Source of the DNA: Mesotaenium endlicherianum
Lineage: Eukaryota
NCBI GenBank assembly: GCA_009602735.1
Contig: WELA01000984.1
Span: 339,097-403,096, forward strand
Direction of reading: 5' to 3'
DNA: 64,000 nt
The position numbers and the translations under genes were made by a program. A model generated the notes under the pieces. That model saw only the letters and a program-made list of their open reading frames with translations. It was not told where the DNA came from and searched no databases. Positions 38,567 through 50,733 of this stretch are shown here, one piece after another; positions within the stretch are counted from its first letter, which is position 1, and each line of letters starts with the position of its first letter.

Positions 38567-39693
38567 AGTCCAGCCGTCACGAGAGCTTCTTTTTCAGCCG
38601 GGGAGAGTCTTGCTTTCACTCCTTGCTGGTTTCTTGCATCAAAAGTGTCATTGGAGGGTCTTTCACTCTTTTGGGCAGCCGCGGGGTCCCTTTTAATAAC
38701 TCCGATTTCCATGGGTGTGGGTCCAAATTCGGATGTGGAAGGGGCTGCGTACACCCGCGTCGCCGGTACCCGTGAAGATGAAGGCACGGAGTGCTTGAAA
38801 TCCAAGGTATCCACCTTTTGGGCCACTTCAATGATCTTTGAGAAGTCCGTCAAGTCGCGTAACTCCACTTCCTTTGCCACCTTGGGTTTGAGGCCAAAGA
38901 TGTAGCGGTCAATCTTCTCCTCGAGAGACATGTTGGGGATCTCAAGAGTGAGGGCGTGAAATCTGGATGTATACTCTTGAACGGACGTCGTTTGCTTGAG
39001 ATGGTGGAGCTTTCCTCGGGCAATCTTCTCCGCATTGATGGGCATGAATTGCTTCTTGAGGGCCTCACGAAAATCTGCCCATCTTGCATATGATGGTGGG
39101 GGCTCTTGGCCGAGCATGGGGTGCGCCATAGCTTGATATATAGCCGCTTGATAGTTACGCCACCATGATGTTGCTGCTCCTCTAAGTAAGGTAACGGCAA
39201 AGGGAACGTAGTCCTCCTCGGGTACTTCAAGGAACGCGAGGTACGTCTCCACTTGGTAGAGCCATAAATTCAGGTTGGCACCTTTCCCGGGGTTGAAAGT
39301 GTCGGGTTTGCCGGGCTTGATGAGTTTCCTTGCTCTCGTTGGCTCTTGTGGAGGCGCTTGAGCCGGGGCTGGATTTTGAGCATTGCTCGCAATAGGGGCA
39401 ACCATGGCAGCCATAGCTTCTCTTGACGCTTGCACGGTTGCTTCATAGGTGGCCAAGCCCACTTGGTTGTGGACGGTCATTAGGAAGGCTGCCCACTCAT
39501 TTGCGGGAACTCCTTGTGGTGGGGTCAACTTTGCTATAGCGGCTGCCACGGGATTTGACGGTGCTCCTCCTTGTGGTGCTTCTTGTTGTTGCAACTTTTC
39601 TTGAGTGGGCTCTCCTATCGGCGCTGGAGGAGGGTCTCTTGGAGAGGAAGGGCCCCCTTCGAAAGCTTGCTGTTGGTCTTGAGGATCGGCCAT
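38488..39693 (-). CDS. gag: A1 Gag (capsid domain plus CCHC zinc knuckle), 401 aa
   Basis: [10 protein letters not shown] motif, [21 protein letters not shown]. Confidence 0.92.
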   Translation of the reverse strand: MADPQDQQQAFEGGPSSPRDPPPAPIGEPTQEKLQQQEAPQGGAPSNPVAAAIAKLTPPQGVPANEWAAFLMTVHNQVGLATYEATVQASREAMAAMVAPIASNAQNPAPAQAPPQEPTRARKLIKPGKPDTFNPGKGANLNLWLYQVETYLAFLEVPEEDYVPFAVTLLRGAATSWWRNYQAAIYQAMAHPMLGQEPPPSYARWADFREALKKQFMPINAEKIARGKLHHLKQTTSVQEYTSRFHALTLEIPNMSLEEKIDRYIFGLKPKVAKEVELRDLTDFSKIIEVAQKVDTLDFKHSVPSSSRVPATRVYAAPSTSEFGPTPMEIGVIKRDPAAAQKSERPSNDTFDARNQQGVKARLSPAEKEALVTAGLCFYCKEKGHRALSCPKKLSKNGQRR

Positions 39694-42600
39694 CTTCTTG
39701 TGCTACCAAAGTGCCTAGCTCTGATACCACTGCAGTGAAACAGATAGATAAAGTACTTAGTGAAATAGAATACTTTATCTATTCAAGACAAGGATCTTTG
39801 AACACAAGTGGTAGCTTCTTGAAAGAGAGATGGCTTCTTGAAAGTTAATATATTTCTGGATTTTGGCAAGTACAAGAGTGATTCTCCAATGTCTTTCTAT
39901 GTTCTAGCTCTTGTTTACATACTTGCTACATAAGTAATTTCTAGGAAGGTGTATGTTGATGTGTTGGCACCCAACACATCCCAAAACTTGCCACCTCTTT
40001 CTAGAATAATGTACACATGTCCTTTTGACCTAAAAATGGCACATTTGACTTTTGCCACATGGAGTTCTTCTAGGTCTTTCCTCTAACTTCGAAAATGCCT
40101 TAGAAGGTTCGAAGGACATGAACCAAGTCACTAGAGTACCTATTCACACTTGAATCCACACAATACTACTCCAAATATATTTGAAAATATTAAAATATAT
40201 GCAAATTAAATATATAATAACTCAAATCACTACACCGTCCTTCAAAGTTGGTGTTGCCGAGTACATCGTCAATTGCGAAACATGTCAGAGGAATAAGCCG
40301 AGCCATACGTTACCAGCTGGGAAGTTGCAACCATTGGAACTTGCATGTGTTCCTTGGAAAAGCATAAGCCTCGACTTTGTCGTGGAATTGCCTACCACCG
40401 ATAGAGGACACAATGGGGTGTTAACGATCGTGAATCGTTTCACTAAGATGGTGCACTTTGTGGCCACTAAACCATTACTTGATGCAGTCGAGACCGCGCG
40501 TCTCTTCGTGGATCATGGGTTCAAGTTGCATGGCATGCCGAAAGACATCATAAGTGATCGTGACAGTAGATTTACGAGCCACTTCTGCAGGAAGTTTGCT
40601 CGCATTTCGGCACGAACCTTAAGATGTCAACTAGCTTCCATCCTCAGACCGATGGTCAGACAGAGCTCTTGAACCGTGTTCTGCAACAATTCCTTGGGCA
40701 TTATGTGAATCCTCGCCAAGACAACGGGTACACCCTCCTTTCATTTGCAAAGTTTGCAGTTAATAATGCTTATCAGGAAAGTGGTAAGGAAACTCCATAT
40801 TTCCTTACCTATGGGCGACCTCCGCACACTCCCCTGACACACGTCGTTCAAGGTCAGACGAGGACGTCAACCATGAGAGTGCCAAGTGCACGCCTATTTG
40901 TCCATTCTCTTCAAGAGGTGCACAAAAACGCGAAGTTGGCTTTAGCCGCTGCTCGAGATCGGCAGAACAACGTTTGTTGACACGCACAGGACTAAGTTAA
41001 GTTAACAAGTTGGCAATAAAGTACTTTTGTAAACTAAAAACCTCCAACTCAAGTACCCAGGAAAGCGAAAGATTCTGCCTCGCTGGGTAGGCCCTTTTAT
41101 CGTTATTGCAACGGTTGGACCTGTTGCATACCGACTAGATTTGCCTAAATCCATGGGGCGAACGCATCCTGTGTTCCATGTCAATTTACTAAAGCTGTTT
41201 AGGTATGATGGCCGCTATCAGCCACAAGCACCAGAACTAGAACTCGACGATGATGATAAGGCCTGGGATGTAGAGGAAGTCTTTGGACATCGCTATACCC
41301 GCCATAAGCCTCCCAGAGTGGAGCTTTTGATTAAATGGCTAGATTACAATTCTAGTTGGAATTCGTATGAACCTCAGGGTAAGATCCTCCTTAATTGTAA
41401 GGACTTGGTTCAAAGATATTGGTTACGATGGGCTCAAGCTCAAGAGCTCTGCGCCGAGGCAGGTGTGCTACCAAGCGCTCTTCGTAAACCATGGAACAAA
41501 CGCAAAAGAGACGCGGCCAAATAATCGCTCTTTTCCGTCACTGTGATGATGCATAGTCCAATCGCTCACCAATGTTTTCCGCTAGTCAAGGCTAGTATTG
41601 ACACATTCAGACTTAAAAGATGTACGCTTAACGAGGACGTTAAGTTCTTTTAGGGGGGATGAGTGTAACGATTTGAGCTATTTTAGGCGTATTTGGGACG
41701 TTTTCCCAATTACCTAAAGTACGTTATACTATTTATCATATTACTTGATAAATATGATTGCATCATATTCAATTATTTGCCACACGCGTGTGCCGATTAA
41801 TTCCTGGTCGATTGGCGAAACGACCAAGATACTATTGCAAAAAGCGTCGTAATATAACTCGACTACTTCGCAAAAGTACGACATAATTATTCATGAAGTT
41901 ACTTTGATTAATTATAAGATGATAACTTCGTAAATCTCGGACTGATTAAGTTGATATGCTTGTCATTCTTTTGGATAATGCACAGTTATAGATTTTGCAT
42001 TTATGACCAGTCGTTAATACGAAAAAACAGTCGTAAAAGTCAAACGACACATAATATGCAAAGGGATTTTGCATCCGAGCGGATTCGAACCCGCGACTTG
42101 TCGTTTGTTGAAACGTTCACACCTAACCGATTGGCGGAGTGGTTTTTATAACTCCCGGTTCATGACCAAAGCATCTGTACGCGACTCCGCGAACAGTTGC
42201 GACTTTTCAAATGTCGCGCGAATGCGAAAACGCCCATTTGGCGTGAAACGGTTTTTCGGAAACCGACGAAAAGTCTCCAAACCGCCAAACGGTGCGTTTC
42301 GAGCATTCGGCCGAATGGGTCGTACCCCTTCGACCGTTTACGTTGAACATGAACCAGTGCCCTAGGTATTGACTCAAAGCACTCCAGTGCCTCATGTTGT
42401 GCAAGTGTAAATACTTGCAAGAGTCATTGTGAGTGCAACTCTCACAAGCACACATTCTACGTTAGTTTTCATTTCCGCTATTTCAAGTATTCGTCAATTC
42501 GCACAAGTATACAGATTTTCTTTCCACTTCAATTAAATATTCCTTGAATACGAGGATAGATCCTCTTGAAAAGCAGAAACGTTACAGGTTTATTCCCCTA

Positions 42601-44752
42601 ACATGTTGCGCAGTTGGTGATGTACTCGGCAACACCAACCTTGAGAGACGGCCAAATGCACTCTCGGCGCAAGGTGTGTGTGATTTTGGTAGATTCATAA
42701 TGACCACAGTAAGGAGAGTCATGTGCTTCTCGTAGTAGCACATATCTTACTTGGCCTTCTGGGACCACAATGCGCCTATTGTGTCACCAAACACCGTCCT
42801 CAAACATACAATTTGAATTTCCTCTCCTTTTGTCCATACTGTTCATCGGTACGGCTACACCGTTCAAGCCAGTACCCTGGAGATCTAGGAAAAACGGATC
42901 TTTGAGATAGCCCTCGTGAAACAGTTAATACATGTAAAGTGATTCCGAGGTGTTCACGCTATTCAAACCAGGTTGGCCCGCGTCACCAGGCCAGGTGCGG
43001 TCAGACGTCTGGGGGGGTACAGCTAATCAAGGGTGGCCACCCTCAAAGCCTAACCATTTTGTTCTTGCCAGCCCGCAACGGTCCCCAGCAGCGAGCTACG
43101 CTGAGGAATTCGACTTAGAGGGTCCACAACATTGTTGCGACCAATGCGATCCTGCCTACTTTAAGTGGAAACGTTGCAAGATCTCAGACCATCTCGTCCG
43201 TCTCCTTGACATCGTTGGCAGAATGTGGAAGAAGGTATTTGGGCAGTGATCCGTGACCATTGTCAAACCCTTGCAGCCTTCCAAATAACATTGCCAAAAT
43301 TTTAAAGCGTATATAATTGCTTGAGTTCGGCAGTTGTTAGCTTCCGACTTCCTAATTTGATAGGCTAGCCTGCTTGCAACAGACCAACCCCTTTCTCAAC
43401 TCCAAATGCATTCGCAACTGCTCCGTAATCACGTTTTGGATCGGCCAATGTGAGAACGAGCGGAGGGATGAGGGCATTTTTAGTGCGCTCAAACGCAAAA
43501 TGCGTTGAATCATTTCCCAAATAAACGATATTGTCATCCTTTTGAGTGTAGCATATGGCAAAGCCAATACTGATTACTCGTTGCAAATACTCATAAAGTA
43601 ACTTGCAAATCAAAGGAATGAACATGCATTGAGTACAGACGGGAACAGGCCCTTTGCGCATAAGCAAGTTTGACCAGGTCTACGCGAACCCACGACCCTT
43701 TAACACGTTCCAATACAACAATGCGCATTCGTTGAAGTGAATGTTAATTAGCAAAAGCTGGTGACGTATGTGACCAAATCACAAAGAACATCACAAACGA
43801 GTGTATGGTGGGCCCATCAGAGTCTGTCTGATGTTATGCACCTACAGTGCAATCGCATCATATGCCAATCGCAATGGCATTTGTATCCTAACAACGCACC
43901 ATTGGCGTTTGTTATATTCCAAATGGGAATGTAACGAGGATACACTATCTTTTCTAACGCAAGCAAACAGGCGTTAAGAAATCAAGAGGCATCTAAAGTA
44001 TGCCATAGAGTGGGGCCATACAAGACAATGACTACTTGAAACGTTGGATAACTTGAGACCGTATAAATTTGGACAACGCTCGATTACGTCATACGTAATA
44101 GCGAGGCCAAGCTTCTGAAGTATAACTAGTGCATATGATAGTGCAAAACGCGCACAACTCTTGTGATCCCTTTGTACGACACTTGAGCGCACTCAATATC
44201 GCATGTGGGGGCTACACAACCATATCCAAACACAACAAGATTGAACGCGAGAGGTCGCAACCTAACGCTCTTGAAATGCATTGACCATCCTAAAACGATA
44301 GGACAAATTGACATTCGCAAATGGTCAAAAGAGGAAACGGGAATTTGGCACGTATCAAGCAAAATGCTCTGCCAATCTTGACATGATTTGAGTGAGCGCG
44401 GTGATAAGCGAGACGGTTTTCTTATCGCTTTCAAGCTCAAAGCCACGTGAAAGTGTCGAGATACAAATTGGTCGTTTCGCTAATCGACCAGGGATTAGTC
44501 GGCACACTCGTGTGGCAAATAATTCATCAAGATGCAATAATGTATCACATAAGATATTGCTAAATAGCGTAATGTAATTTAGGTAATTGGAAAAACGTCC
44601 TAAATACGCCTAAAACAGCTCAAATCGTTACAGTGAAGGAAAGACTATTTTACCTTTGGAAGCTCCTCACAAGCCATTTCTTGTGACTTAAGGTACCTGC
44701 TTAAAACCAGGTCATATTTAAGAAAAAGGGAGATCAACAATCTTGATGGCAC

Positions 44753-46586
44753 TTAACACTAGATAGTCCAACGGAATTTATGCTCTTTGGCCCAACAATT
44801 ACCTGGACTAGATATTTTTCTCAAAGCTCATTAGTGGTTCAATTAACTTGTCTCTTATGGATTCTAGAAGGTCATATCACAATCTAGGTCACTATGCTTT
44901 TTTTTTGGTCAAGGGGATTTATTTTTTGCCCAAAAAACTTCAAAACTTTTTTGTCCAAAAAACGATCGAGAAAATTGCATACTTTGAGTGACTACCACAC
45001 TCAATTGACTTGATTACAAAAGTTTTGATTTTTGCCAAAATTGCTTATATAGGTAAGGAGTGTGCTTATAAAATTTAACAGTTATAACTTCAATATTCTA
45101 GAAGTTGTAGAATTTGAGAATTGGAAGTTATATTCGGCCCCCTGCTTTTTGCATGGCCCAACAAGAGAAGTATTATTGGCTTCACAAAACACATCCTATC
45201 AAGCTCAATACAAGGTCTTTGAACATGAAATTAAAGGATATGGTATGTAAGATAGCAATGTTTTTTATTAATATTTAAATTAGTTTAATAAATTAAAAAA
45301 TCTTAACAAGTCATTTCATCATATTTCAGGAGCAAACAGGAGTAAAGTTTTATTTTCAATAAAAAGAAATATTCTTAATTCAAGAAGGCAAAACAAAGTC
45401 ATACTATTGCTTTGTAGACATAGCAAGAAAAAAATGAAATTGATATAGCAAAGAATAGAAGTCTGGTAAAATCGACAACAAGTGCGCGTTATCGCCTACT
45501 TTTGCCCTTGATCCTTGACCTCCCTCTTATCTCCAACATCAAGGTGGTCTATCTGCCTTTGTATATGATACCTCTGAAAGCACTTAGAAGGACACAAGAA
45601 TCTTTTGCGAGGCTCACACATGAAGTGAACCTTAGGAGCTCTCAAGCCAGATGCACGAAGCCCAAAAGTGCCAGCTGTACACACTACGCATCGCTTCCTG
45701 TCCTTCACCTTTGCTAGAAAATACTTGTGAGTCCACCTTGCACCTGCAGCAATTGGGGCTGGGACGGTTTGGATCACCACCTTGCTAGGGCCTTCATCAT
45801 GGGGATGGCTGAAGTTGCACATGGCATCCTTGATCTCCAAGTAGTTGTCAAACCTGTCTTCGTCGGGTTGTGCCATCTTGTATAAGATGAACACAATAGC
45901 AAGCAAGCCATCAAAGATTCCCAGTAGGCCCTATGCCACCACTTCCTATTTACCAACACTCTCTCAGAACTATAGTTTCTAGCTAGACACATAGCATCAA
46001 ATTGATCAACTGCATCCTTGTACAATTTATAGTGTTCTACTAACTTTGGAGCTGGCAGAGACACTCTCTCTTTTCCAACATGCCTAAGCTGAGTTTTGGG
46101 AGCCAGACCCTTTGCTGTAGATAAAAATGCACAAGGCCTTTGATCATTCCATACACATGCAACCATAGAGGGGTGCTAATTGTATGCAGCTATAGAGTGG
46201 CCTGGAGGGTGAGAATCAGGCTTCATCCACAACAAGCCAGCAGGATAGTCCTTTCTATTTGTGACAACTGTCCCTGTGGCTGCATGTCCCATCTTAGCTA
46301 GTAGTGCAAATAGATGAGGTGAGGTGAAGCCTCTATCCACGATCAAATTAAAAAAAATACCCATAGGTAGCATACTCACTAAGTCTCGTACAACCTGTGT
46401 CTTTTGACCAGGAAACTTGACTCTGTCATAGATTATGAATGCATAACAAGAGTAAGTAAGGGCATCACAGATTGTGAACAATTCTATGCCATACTTGTAA
46501 GGCTTGGAAGAGTTGTACACTCTAATGAGGCATTGTCTATTTCTAATTGGGATTGTTCTTTCATCCACAGTCAGGTACACTCCAAG
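44753..46586 (-). mobile_element. piggyBac-like DNA transposon, 3' half
   Basis: Transposase remnant, AT-rich 3' region and a candidate terminus TTAA|CACTAGATAGTCC at 44753-44769. The terminus is tentative because the partner TIR is not in the window. Confidence 0.6.
45496..46586 (-). pseudogene. piggyBac (DDE_Tnp_1_7-type) transposase pseudogene
   Basis: LTVDERTIP...KPYKYGI, IVDRGFTS, ATGTVVTNRKDYP, DAVDQFD, KWWHR, and a C-terminal Cys-rich region RCVVC...C...LC...CFQRYH. In-frame TAG at 46176 and 1-bp frameshift near 45920; N-terminus cut off by an LTR. Confidence 0.9.
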
Positions 46587-47293
46587 TGAAATGAATCGAC
46601 TTACCAAATAGGCAATTAACAATTAATGAAGATCTTTATATCAGCAAGTAATCTTTATGGTGTTTTTTGTTAATTGATTTAACAGCAAAGGACAACACAC
46701 TAGCAGTGGACAATACTCGTAAGTCAAATGGTAGTAAACTAGCATCAATAATGCAATCAGTAAACTCACACATAAGCAAGGCTAGGAGACAGTGCATATC
46801 AATGGCTTCTCGCCTTGGATTCAGATCTCTCTCAATAAGCTTTACAAGAGAGTTGGCCTCGTTTCCGAATGCCGAACTCGAGAGCAATACCTAGCGTTTG
46901 TACATGGAATGAGTTTACTGTTCGATGGCACCGCCTACCCGGGAGTTAACCGCGTTGGTAGGACCTCGGTTAACCAAATCCACCGCCATCTCCCATCATC
47001 CCGAATCGCCATCCATCCTAAGGATGTCATCTGGCCATTCATCTAGCACACCACACTTAGATGCATATCTAGGCAGTTTGCTGCTACCGAGTACGGAAGT
47101 CAGCTGGCTGTCAAAGAATGTGTCAGCAAGCTGACCTAAGTTGACTTCAGCCTGCTGCTCCCGGCTGAGTCATTAAACTGATTATTTTATAAAGTCCACC
47201 AGACTAAATATTAACTAAAGTTCAGCAGGCTGAACTTATTTAACTTTTATAATTAAATAGATATTATATTTACCAATATACTGATTCATTACA
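46587..47293 (-). mobile_element. Family C LTR (707 bp), probably the 3' LTR of element C1 inserted into the piggyBac
   Basis: TG...CA homolog of 23193-23910; no local TSD; lies directly downstream of C1 pol and ORF3 on the same strand. The PPT-like tract is decayed (AAGTTGAAGTGAT). Confidence 0.8.
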
Positions 47294-47449
47294 ATCACTT
47301 CAACTTAACAAGTTGTCGCCTCGACAACACTAACACTTGGTACATGGTCCCTCTAGCTGAAAGTGTTGATCGACTCCCAACACCTTTTGCTTCAATCCTG
47401 ATACCTAACGGTGGGGGTCACTAGTAACAGCGTGCTCTCCCCTCGACCC

Positions 47450-49120
47450 TCAACCTATTGCCATTAGGAAGGAGATGTTCCTTGGGGGCCCATGGTCAGG
47501 GGAGCCAGACCTCCTCCTGTCTTGGGGTCTCCTGAAGCCTGGGGGATCTACGTAGGGGCCCCGCGGAGAACGCAGTAATTGGGTTGTTTCCTCCTACACA
47601 GTCTGAAACTGAAGGGAGGCAGCCTTCTCCTGGGCAGCCCTCAAACTGACAGGAACATATACCGGCATTCCAGAAGGATGTTGCATGACATGAGCCAAGG
47701 GCACATGCCCTCTCTGCGAGGAAGATGCTGGCAGGCCTCTGGCTATCTCTCTAGCAGCCCTCCTGTCTGCACTGTCTGATTGGGTCTTCGTGCCTGCAGA
47801 TGGGCTCTGTCCTTTGGCAGTTCCCAGCCAAGTGATATCTTCCTCTTCAGCGAGCTGTTGTAACGCCAACCCAGTCTTATCCCTTACAAGGGATGTGGCA
47901 GGTGTCAGGACCACAGCGGGGCTGGTGTCCTCCTCCTCGCCTTCCTCTTCTTCCTCCTCTGACCCCTCCTCCTCTCCTTCCCCTGGTTCCTCTGAGACTG
48001 CTGGGGTCTATTCTGTCAGCTGCTCCAGCTCTTTCCGAAAAAAAGAATATCCCACTGACCTTCCCCTTTTGGGTGCTGGTGGGGGTTGTTGAGTCCGGAT
48101 TGCATACAGGTCCTTTTCGACCTGCTTGCTTGCCCATTTGGCATAAGCGTGCTTCCCTTTAGAGAATGACTCACGGGCCCTGCTCCTGTCCTCCTGCATT
48201 TCTTGGCTCATGCAGTCTCTTACTCCATCCAATCTTGGGTCCCAAGCGGCAATATGAGGAGGCAACACTATGTTCCCCTATAGGTCCGTTAGGAAGTCTT
48301 CCTCCCTTGCCTTGTCATTTTGCTGGTCCCTCATGTTGATGGTCATCCACCGCCAACCGGTGGGCTTCTGGAAGAAGGCAGGGTCTGTTCTTTTCAGAGT
48401 ACAAGGGTACCAGTGCCCTGCAAAGTCTAGCTGACTGGTTTCCCTCGCCAAAAATGTCCAGCTTCTTCTCTCCATCTCATTTTACATGGCCTTGAACCTG
48501 TTATCGAATGTAGAGTCCTTAAAGCTGTCCGCGTCCATAGGATTCATCCTGATGACACTATCTTTTCCCCAGATACCCGGAATGGATACAGCTCCTATTT
48601 CATTCATCTGGGCCATTGCCTTGGCCTCTTTGACCGTATATCCTACCATCCTGGCGTAATTGTGGTAGAGGAGTCCTGTGCTGACCTCTATATACTTGTC
48701 GAAGCTATCAGATGTCTCCCCTTCCCTTCGCAGGATGTCCTGCTGTGCCTTACTGCGACTTCTCTGGGCATACTTGAAGACCTCCTCCACTAGATCAAAG
48801 CCCTTGCCCAGCACTGTGTAGCGGTAGCTGCTGATTCTCCTCTGTTCTTCTTCGTCAGCATGCTGCTTCCGCCTCTCCTCAGCTTGCCTCTCCTCTTCCG
48901 CCTTCTTGGCCTCCTCTGCAGCTTTTCTATCCAGTTCTTCCTGCCTCAGCCTGGCCTGCTCCTCCTCCTCCTTCTCCTTCTGTGCCTCCCGCTGTTGTTG
49001 GAGTCGTTGTGATTCTCGAGCGGAGATGGAGGATGATTCGATGTCGCCACGGAATTGCAAGTATTTTGCTTGTGCCTCTTCCGCTCTTCTCTTCCTCTTA
49101 AGTTCTGTCTTCTGAGTCAT
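47450..49120 (-). pseudogene. Extra ORF (ORF3) of family C element C1: unknown protein of about 510-557 aa (coiled coil, aromatic-rich core, acidic tail)
   Basis: ORF-track pieces 48482-49129, 48278-48475, 48008-48268 and 47594-47914 share one frame and are separated only by point stops; homologous to 50733-52208. Confidence 0.8.
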
Positions 49121-49478
49121 CCTGCTCAATCATAAACACAATGCAGTTAGTGAAGTCATGATACTTTGCCGCTACTGAGTGCTCGTGGTTAAAAAGAACG
49201 TGATAGGGAGAGTCCCTACAGTGTAGTACCTTGTGTGAGTGAGTATAACAGAGAATTGAGTTAGAGAGAGAAAGTGAGTATGAGCGCAGGTTGAGTGTGT
49301 AGAATGGTTATAAAATTCGCCTGGCTGATCCCGAAACGGAACACACTCCCTCCAACTTAAGTTTAAAGGTGGGCTGCCTGTCACAACTGTCACTATCTGT
49401 CACTAACTGTCACATTCCTCTCCGACTTATATGGAGACATGACCTCCTGTCACCTGTCCATGTCCACGAAAATGACAG

Positions 49479-50733
49479 TTAGGGAGGGGTGCCAGCCGCC
49501 GGAAGGTGGAACCGTTTCAATGCCCCTTTGGCATTGGTCAGCTAGTCTTTAAATTCCTAAGTGTCCCCAGAGGCGTCGTAACCCTTCCATCTGACCAGGT
49601 ACTTCATGACATATTTAGATGAGCGACGGACAGAACGAGCGTCTAAAATCTCCTCGACCTCATAATCCTCACGGTCACCATCTCGCACAGCGAGGACCGG
49701 TCCCGGTTGGACAGGTAATCGACCTGTGAACAGTGTGTCACCTTTGATGTATGGTTCAAGAATGAGACATTAAAGCCCGGGTGGCCCTTATATTATGTTG
49801 ACATATTCAGTTTGTAAGCATTCTGACCGACACAGCGCACCACCGAATATGGACCGATCCAAACAGGACCAAGCTTTTTCTTGACCACACCAAGCAGGTA
49901 CAGGTGCTGAGAATGCAGTTTGACCAAATCGCCCTTAGAAAATGGATATTGTTTCCCAGCGTCAAGCTTGGATGGGCAGTGGTTGTAAGAGACCCCCCAA
50001 TGGTGTGTGTCTAGACTTATTTCTTTGACAATGATCACAGGACTCAACATATTTCAAGACCTCCCAAGGTAATCCCTCCCAATGATAATGTTTTGCCAGT
50101 TTGCCAACAGCTTTGGCCTGCCCCAAATGCCCACCCAGTATACTGTCATGTGCTTGACTTAGTAAAAGGGACCTTATTTCCAAGTTATTAAGAATGACCA
50201 GCTTCAGCCTGCCTGAAGTGGTTTCAGTCACCCAGACCCCACCCTTAAGCCTATACCCGAGTGCAGTAGCAGGACACACACCATCAGTGGGGCTGGGCTC
50301 ATATGTTGGATCAGAAAGGTAGGCTTTTCTAAGTTGTTCAAGGAAGGACTTTTTCACCTTTAATGAAGTGAGTGTACAAAGGACTTTATCTACAGTATGC
50401 TGATTAAAGTTCCTTCCTTGCAGGTCACGTCTTCTAGAGAGTGCATCAGCAGGATTCAACTTCCTTTGTTTGTAGTCAATCTGGACTTGAAACTGCTCCA
50501 GCATCTGGCTCCAGCGGTTCTCCCTCCTCGACAGCTTGGACTTTTTCTGAAAGTGAGTAAGAGCTAGATGATCTGTAATCACCTTAAACGCTTTACCATG
50601 TAAGTATGCTCTCCACTGTTTGAGCACATGAATGATTGCTTGCAGCTCTTCATCATGCACAGAGTAATTAATCTCAGCTGGATTAAATTTCATAGACTCA
50701 TGTAACACAGGATGCCACTCCTGCTTTACCTTA
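49479..50733 (-). pseudogene. C1 pol fragment (RNase H, integrase with core deleted, chromodomain)
   Basis: QEWHPV..ES, NYSVHDEEL, TDH, QAHDSILGGH, WIGPYSV, DYEVEEILDAR...YLVRWKGY; stop at 49479. Confidence 0.88.

Larger units (their letters stand above)
35372..40234 (-). mobile_element. Family A Ty3/gypsy chromovirus (A1); part of pol lies in an assembly gap
   Basis: LTRs 35372-35874 and 39731-40234; TSD CCGTC/CCGTC; PBS TGGTATCAGAGC (39718-39729, minus); PPT next to 35875. Confidence 0.95.
32609..41524 (+). pseudogene. B2 pol pseudogene (protease, RT, RNase H, integrase, chromodomain), interrupted by element A1
   Basis: IDSSAS protease; [32 protein letters not shown]...ESRKL...EQEL RNase H; ISDRDSRFTS integrase; WDVEEVFGHR...LIKWLDY chromodomain; several frameshifts. 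Confidence 0.92.
30708..42586 (+). mobile_element. Family B Ty3/gypsy chromovirus-like element (B2), inserted into a copy of its own family
   Basis: LTRs 30708-31626 and 41664-42586; PBS TGGTATCGGAGC (tRNA-iMet type) at 31628; PPT AGGGGGGATGAG at 41652-41663; TSD GATTT/GGTTT (one mismatch). Confidence 0.92.
28448..44632 (-). mobile_element. Old family B Ty3/gypsy element (B1), host of nested B2 and A1
   Basis: 3' LTR 28448-29354 with adjacent PPT (AAGGGGGGAGGAG on the minus strand); decayed integrase/chromodomain 29355-30707; continues 42587-44460; only ~165 bp of the 5' LTR remains (44468-44632). Both flanks resemble contiguous family C pol; TSD degenerate (TTTAA/GTGAA). Confidence 0.8.

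Noticed and set aside
43300..44460. Novel sequence inside B1
   Set aside because: Traces of RT motifs (PFG..TNA-like, LRMCIDY-like) suggest heavily degraded pol or low-quality gap-fill sequence.
23193..47293. Large ~710-bp inverted repeat pair as TIRs of a giant DNA transposon
   Set aside because: Both copies have TG...CA LTR ends and the left copy has its own 5-bp TSD, so they are independent insertions.
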